DNA from: Eledone cirrhosa
Taxonomy: Eukaryota
Length of the DNA: 64,000 nucleotides
Assembly (NCBI GenBank): GCA_964016885.1
Contig: OZ024746.1
Coordinates: 50,220,001 to 50,284,000, forward strand
Reading direction: 5' to 3'
The notes beneath the pieces were generated by a model. The model made no database searches. It saw only the letters and a list, made by a program, of their open reading frames with translations, and was not told the origin of the DNA. Every line of letters starts with the position of its first letter. The first letter of the stretch is position 1. This document shows, piece by piece, positions 58,501 through 64,000 of the stretch. Made by a program: the position numbers and the translations under genes.

Positions 58501-61500
58501 CCAGTCGGTGAAATCAATTTTTGAACACAAAATGGTTACTTTTCGAACTGTTGTAAAAAAGTGTAAAAAGATTAATGCTTTCGAAATATTTACTTCTGCT
58601 TTTTCGTTAAAATTTTGCGAAATATTTACTTCTGCTTTTTCGTTGAAAAGTCATATTTTTACATCTTTCGAAATATTTACAAAAATCAAATTGTGAATTA
58701 ATTTTATTGCATTTTACGATTTACTTCTGCTTTTACTTTTTTTACGTTTGTCTGTTAAAAGTCAATCTGCGTTTTCAAATTGCATTTTTCGAAATATTAA
58801 CTTCTGATTTCGAAAATTGATTTTTTTAGGTTTTTCCAAAAAGAATAAATATGAGTCGAAATATATACTTCTGCATTAATCTTTTTACGTTTTTATATCT
58901 TTCGAAATATTAAAAAAAATCAAATTGTGAATTGATTTTTTGCATTTTACGATTTACTTCTGCTTTTACCTTTTTTACGTTTTTCTGTTAAAAGACTGGT
59001 TTTTTTGCATGTTTCGAAACCAGTCGGTGAAATCAATTTTTGAACACAAAATGGTTACTTTTCGACCTGTTGTAAAAAAGTATGAAAAGATTAATTCTTT
59101 CGAAATATTTACTTCTGCTTTTTCGTTAAAATTTTGCGAAATATTTACTTCTGCTTTTTCGGTAAAATTTTGCGAAATATTTACTTCTGCTTTTTCGTTA
59201 AAATTTTGCGAAATATTTACTTCTGCTTTTTAGTTAAAATTCATATTTTTACATCTTTCGAAACATTTAAAAAAATCAAATTGTAAATTGACTTTATTGC
59301 ATTTTACGATTTATTTCTGCTTTTTCGAAATATTAACTTCTGTTTTCGAAAATTGATTTTTTTAGGTTTTTCCAAAAAGAATAAATATGAGTCGAAATAT
59401 ATACTTGTGCATTAATCTTTTTACGTTTTTCGTAAGACTGATTTTTTTGCATGTTTCGAAATATTTAACACCAGTCGGTGAAATCAATTTTTGAACACAA
59501 AATCGTTACTTTTGGACCTGTTGTAAAAAAGTGTAAAGAAATTAATGCTTTCACAAATCTTTCGAAATATTTACTTCTGCTTTTTCGTTAAAATTTTGCG
59601 AAATATTTACTTCTGCTTTTTCGTTAAAAAGTCATATTTTTACATCTTTCTAAATATTTAAAAAAATCAAATTGTATATTGATTTTATTGCATTTTACGA
59701 TTTACTTCTGCTTTTTCGAAATATTAACTTCTGTTTTCGAAAATTGATTTTTTTAGGTTTTTCCAAAAAGAATAAATATGAGTCGAAATATATACTTCTG
59801 CATTAATCTTTTTACGTTTTTCGTAAGACTGATTTTTTTGCATGTTTCGAAATATTTAACACCAGTCGGTGAAATCAATTTTTGAACACTAAATGGTTAC
59901 TTTTCGACCTGTTGTAAAAAAGTGTAAAAAGATTAATGCTTTCGAAATATTTACTTCTGCTTTTTCATTAAAAAGTCATATTTTTACATCTTTCGAAATA
60001 TTTAAAAAAATCAAATTGTACATTGATTTTATTGCATTTTACGATTTACTTCTGCTTTTACTTTTTTTACGTTTTTCTGTTAAAAGTCAATCTGCGTTTT
60101 CAAATTGCATTTTTCGAAATATTAACTTCTGATTTCGAAAATTGATTTTTTTAGGTTTTTCCAAAAGAATAAATATGAGTCGCTGCATTAATCTTTTTAC
60201 GTTTTTCGTAAGACTGATTTTTTTGCATGTTTCTAAATATTTAACACCAGTCGGTGAAATCAATTTTTGAACACAAAATGGTTACTTTTCGAACTGTTGT
60301 AAAAAAGTGTAAAAAGATTAATGCTTTCGAAATATTTACTTCTGCTTTTTCGTTAAAATTTTGCGAAATATTTACTTCTGCTTTTTCGTTGAAAAGTCAT
60401 ATTTTTACATCTTTCGAAATATTTACAAAAATCAAATTGTGAATTAATTTTATTGCATTTTACGATTTACTTCTGCTTTTACTTTTTTTACGTTTGTCTG
60501 TTAAAAGTCAATCTGCGTTTTCAAATTGCATTTTTCGAAATATTAACTTCTGATTTCGAAAATTGATTTTTTTAGGTTTTTCCAAAAAGAATAAATATGA
60601 GTCGAAATATATACTTCTGCATTAATCTTTTTACGTTTTTATATCTTTCGAAATATTAAAAAAAATCAAATTGTGAATTGATTTTTTGCATTTTACGATT
60701 TACTTCTGCTTTTACCTTTTTTACGTTTTTCTGTTAAAAGACTGGTTTTTTTGCATGTTTCGAAACCAGTCGGTGAAATCAATTTTTGAACACAAAATGG
60801 TTACTTTTCGACCTGTTGTAAAAAAGTATGAAAAGATTAATTCTTTCGAAATATTTACTTCTGCTTTTTCGTTAAAATTTTGCGAAATATTTACTTCTGC
60901 TTTTTCGGTAAAATTTTGCGAAATATTTACTTCTGCTTTTTCGTTAAAATTTTGCGAAATATTTACTTCTGCTTTTTAGTTAAAATTCATATTTTTACAT
61001 CTTTCGAAACATTTAAAAAAATCAAATTGTAAATTGACTTTATTGCATTTTACGATTTATTTCTGCTTTTTCGAAATATTAACTTCTGTTTTCGAAAATT
61101 GATTTTTTTAGGTTTTTCCAAAAAGAATAAATATGAGTCGAAATATATACTTGTGCATTAATCTTTTTACGTTTTTCGTAAGACTGATTTTTTTGCATGT
61201 TTCGAAATATTTAACACCAGTCGGTGAAATCAATTTTTGAACACAAAATCGTTACTTTTGGACCTGTTGTAAAAAAGTGTAAAGAAATTAATGCTTTCAC
61301 AAATCTTTCGAAATATTTACTTCTGCTTTTTCGTTAAAATTTTGCGAAATATTTACTTCTGCTTTTTCGTTAAAAAGTCATATTTTTACATCTTTCTAAA
61401 TATTTAAAAAAATCAAATTGTATATTGATTTTATTGCATTTTACGATTTACTTCTGCTTTTTCGAAATATTAACTTCTGTTTTCGAAAATTGATTTTTTT

Positions 61501-64000
61501 AGGTTTTTCCAAAAAGAATAAATATGAGTCGAAATATATACTTCTGCATTAATCTTTTTACCTTTTTCGTAAGACTGTTTTTTTTGCATGTTTCGAAACC
61601 AGTCGGTGAAATCAATTTTTGAACACAAAATGGTTACTTTTCGACCTGTTGTAAAAAGTATACAAAGATTAATGCTTTCGAAATATTTACTTCTGCTTTT
61701 TCGTTAAAAAGTCATATTTTTACATCTTTTGAAATATTTAAAAAAATCAAATTGTAAATTGATTTTATTGCATTTTACGATTTACTTCTGCTTTTACTTT
61801 TTTTACGTTTTTCTGTTAAAAGTCAATCTGCGTTTTCAAATTGCATTTTTCGAAATATTACCTTCTGATTTCAAAAATTGATTTTTTTTTAGGTTTTTTC
61901 AAAAAGAATAAATATGAGTCGAAATATATACTTCTGCATTAATCTTTTTACGTTTTTATATCTTTCGAAATATTTAAAAAAATCAAATTGTAAATTGTTT
62001 TTATTGCATTTTACGATTTACTTCTGCTTTTACTTTTTTTTACGTTTTTCTGTTAAAAGACTGGTTTTTTTGCATGTTTCGATACCAGTCGGTGAAATCA
62101 ATTTTTGAACACAAAATGGTTACTGTTGTAAAAAAGTGTAAAAAGATTAATGCTTTCGAAATATTTACTTCTGCTTTTTCGTTAAAATTTTGCGAAATAT
62201 TTACTTCTGCTTTTTCGTTTAAAAGTCATATTTTTACATCTTTCGAAATATTTAAAAAAATCAAATTGTAAATTGATTTCATTGCATTTTACGATTTACT
62301 TCTGCTTTTACTTTTTTTACGTTTTTCTGTTAAAAGTCAATCTGCGTTTTCAAATTGCATTTTTCGAAATATTAACTTCTGATTTCGAAAATTGATTTTT
62401 TTAGGTTTTTCCAAAAGAATAAATATGAGTCGCTGCATTAATCTTTTTACGTTTTTCGTAAGACTGATTTTTTTGCATGTTTCGAAATATTTAACACCAG
62501 TCGGTGAAATCAATTTTTGAACACAAAATGGTTACTTTTCGACCTGTTGTAAAAAAGTGTATAAAAATTAATGCTTTCACAAATCTTTCGAAATACTTAC
62601 TTCTGCTTTTTTCTTAAAATTTTGCGAAATTACTTCTGCTTTTTCGTTAAGAAGTCATATTTTAATACATCTTTCGAAATATTTAAAAAAATCAGATTGT
62701 AAATTGATTTTATTGCATTTTACGATTTACTTCTGCTTTTACTTTTTTTACGTTTTTCTGTTAAAAGTCAATCTGCGTTTTCAAATTGCATTTTTCGAAA
62801 TATTAACTTCTGTTTTCGAAAATTGATTTTTTTAGGTTTTTCCAAAAAGAATAAATATGAGTCGAAATATATACTTCTGCATTAATCTTTTTAACTTTTT
62901 CGTAAGACTGGTTTTTTTGCATGTTTCAAAACCAGTCGGTGAAATCAATTTTTGAACACAAAATGGTTACTTTTCGACCTGTTGTAAAAAAGTGTAAAAA
63001 GATTAATGCTTTCGAAATATTTACTTCTGCTTTTTCGTTAAAAAGTCATATTTTTACATCTTTCGAAATATTTAAAAAAATCAAATTGTACATTGATTTT
63101 ATTGCATTTTACGATTTACTTCTGCTTTTACTTTTTTTACGTTTTTCTGTTAAAAGTCAATCTGCGTTTTCAAATTGCATTTTTCGAAATATTAACTTCT
63201 GATTTCGAAAATTGATTTTTTTAGGTTTTTCCAAAAGAATAAATATGAGTCGCTGCATTAATCTTTTTACGTTTTTCGTAAGACTGATTTTTTGCATGTT
63301 TCGAAATATTTAACACCAGTCGGTGAAATCAAGTTTTGAACACAAAATGGTTACTGTTCGACCTGTTGTAAAAAAGTGTAAAAAGATTAATGCTTTCGAA
63401 ATATTTACTTCTGCTTTTTCGTTAAAATTTTGCGAAATATTTACTTCTGCTTTTTCGTTAAAAAGTCATATTTTTACATCTTTCGAAATATTTAAAAAAA
63501 TCAAATTGTAAATTGATTTTATTGCATTTTACGATTTACTTCTGCTTTTACTCTTTTTTACGTTTTTCTGTTGAAAGTCAATCTGCGTTTTCAAATTGCA
63601 TTTTTCGAAATATTAACTTCTCATTTCGAAAATTGATTTTTTCAGGTTTTTCTAAAAAGAATAAATATGAGTCGAAATATATACTTCTGCATTAATCTTT
63701 TTACCTTTTTCGTAAGACTGTTTTTTTTTGCATGTTTAGAAACCGGTCGGTGAAATCAATTTTTGAACACAAAATGGTTACTTTTCGACCTGTTGTAAAA
63801 AAGTGTAAAAAGATTAATTCTTTCGAAATATTTACTTCTGCTTTTTCGTTAAAATTTTGCGAAATATTTACTTCTGCTTTTTCGTTAAGAAGTCATATTT
63901 TTACATCTTTCTAAATATTTAAAAAATCAAATTGTAAATTGATCTTATTGCATTTTACGATTTACTTCTGCTTTTTCGAAATATTAGCTTCTGTTTTCGA
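52561..64000. repeat. AT-rich satellite, ~420-425 bp monomer with 34-bp subrepeats and higher-order repeats; runs off the window
   Basis: GTCAATCTGCGTTT recurs at 52561, 52985, 53410 and 53830. The subrepeat CGAAATATTTACTTCTGCTTTTTCGTTAAAATTTTG occurs in variable copy number. Confidence 0.98.

Noticed and set aside
53138-63914. Repeated 60-105 aa ORFs as a tandem gene family or CRISPR-like array
   Set aside because: They are satellite monomers with variable stops. There are no unique spacers and no cas genes, and the context is eukaryotic.

Overview
Eukaryotic, gene-poor repetitive DNA. The SINE/RTE repertoire resembles what I recall from octopod cephalopods; this is inference, not a search result. 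There are three zones. (1) 1-26.5 kb is a transposon graveyard: an ISXO2/Merlin transposase, an internally deleted Ty3/Gypsy LTR element, many RTE fragments, two decayed Helitrons, one complete non-autonomous Helitron whose empty site is also in the window, a full-length tRNA-SINE with a 14-bp TSD, CRE-, Tx1- and R4/Dong-type LINE fragments, a clean type I hammerhead ribozyme, and duplicated copies of an AFG3L2-like exon. (2) 26.5-52.6 kb is a ~26-kb interstitial array of degenerate TTAGGG hexamers. It starts abruptly inside an R4/Dong ORF and has its own higher-order repeats (751 bp, ~1.65 kb, ~6.9 kb). (3) 52.6-64 kb is an AT-rich ~420-bp satellite with higher-order repeats, joined directly to the distal end of the telomere-like array. 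No intact host gene is seen; nearly all ORFs after 26.4 kb are translations of repeats.
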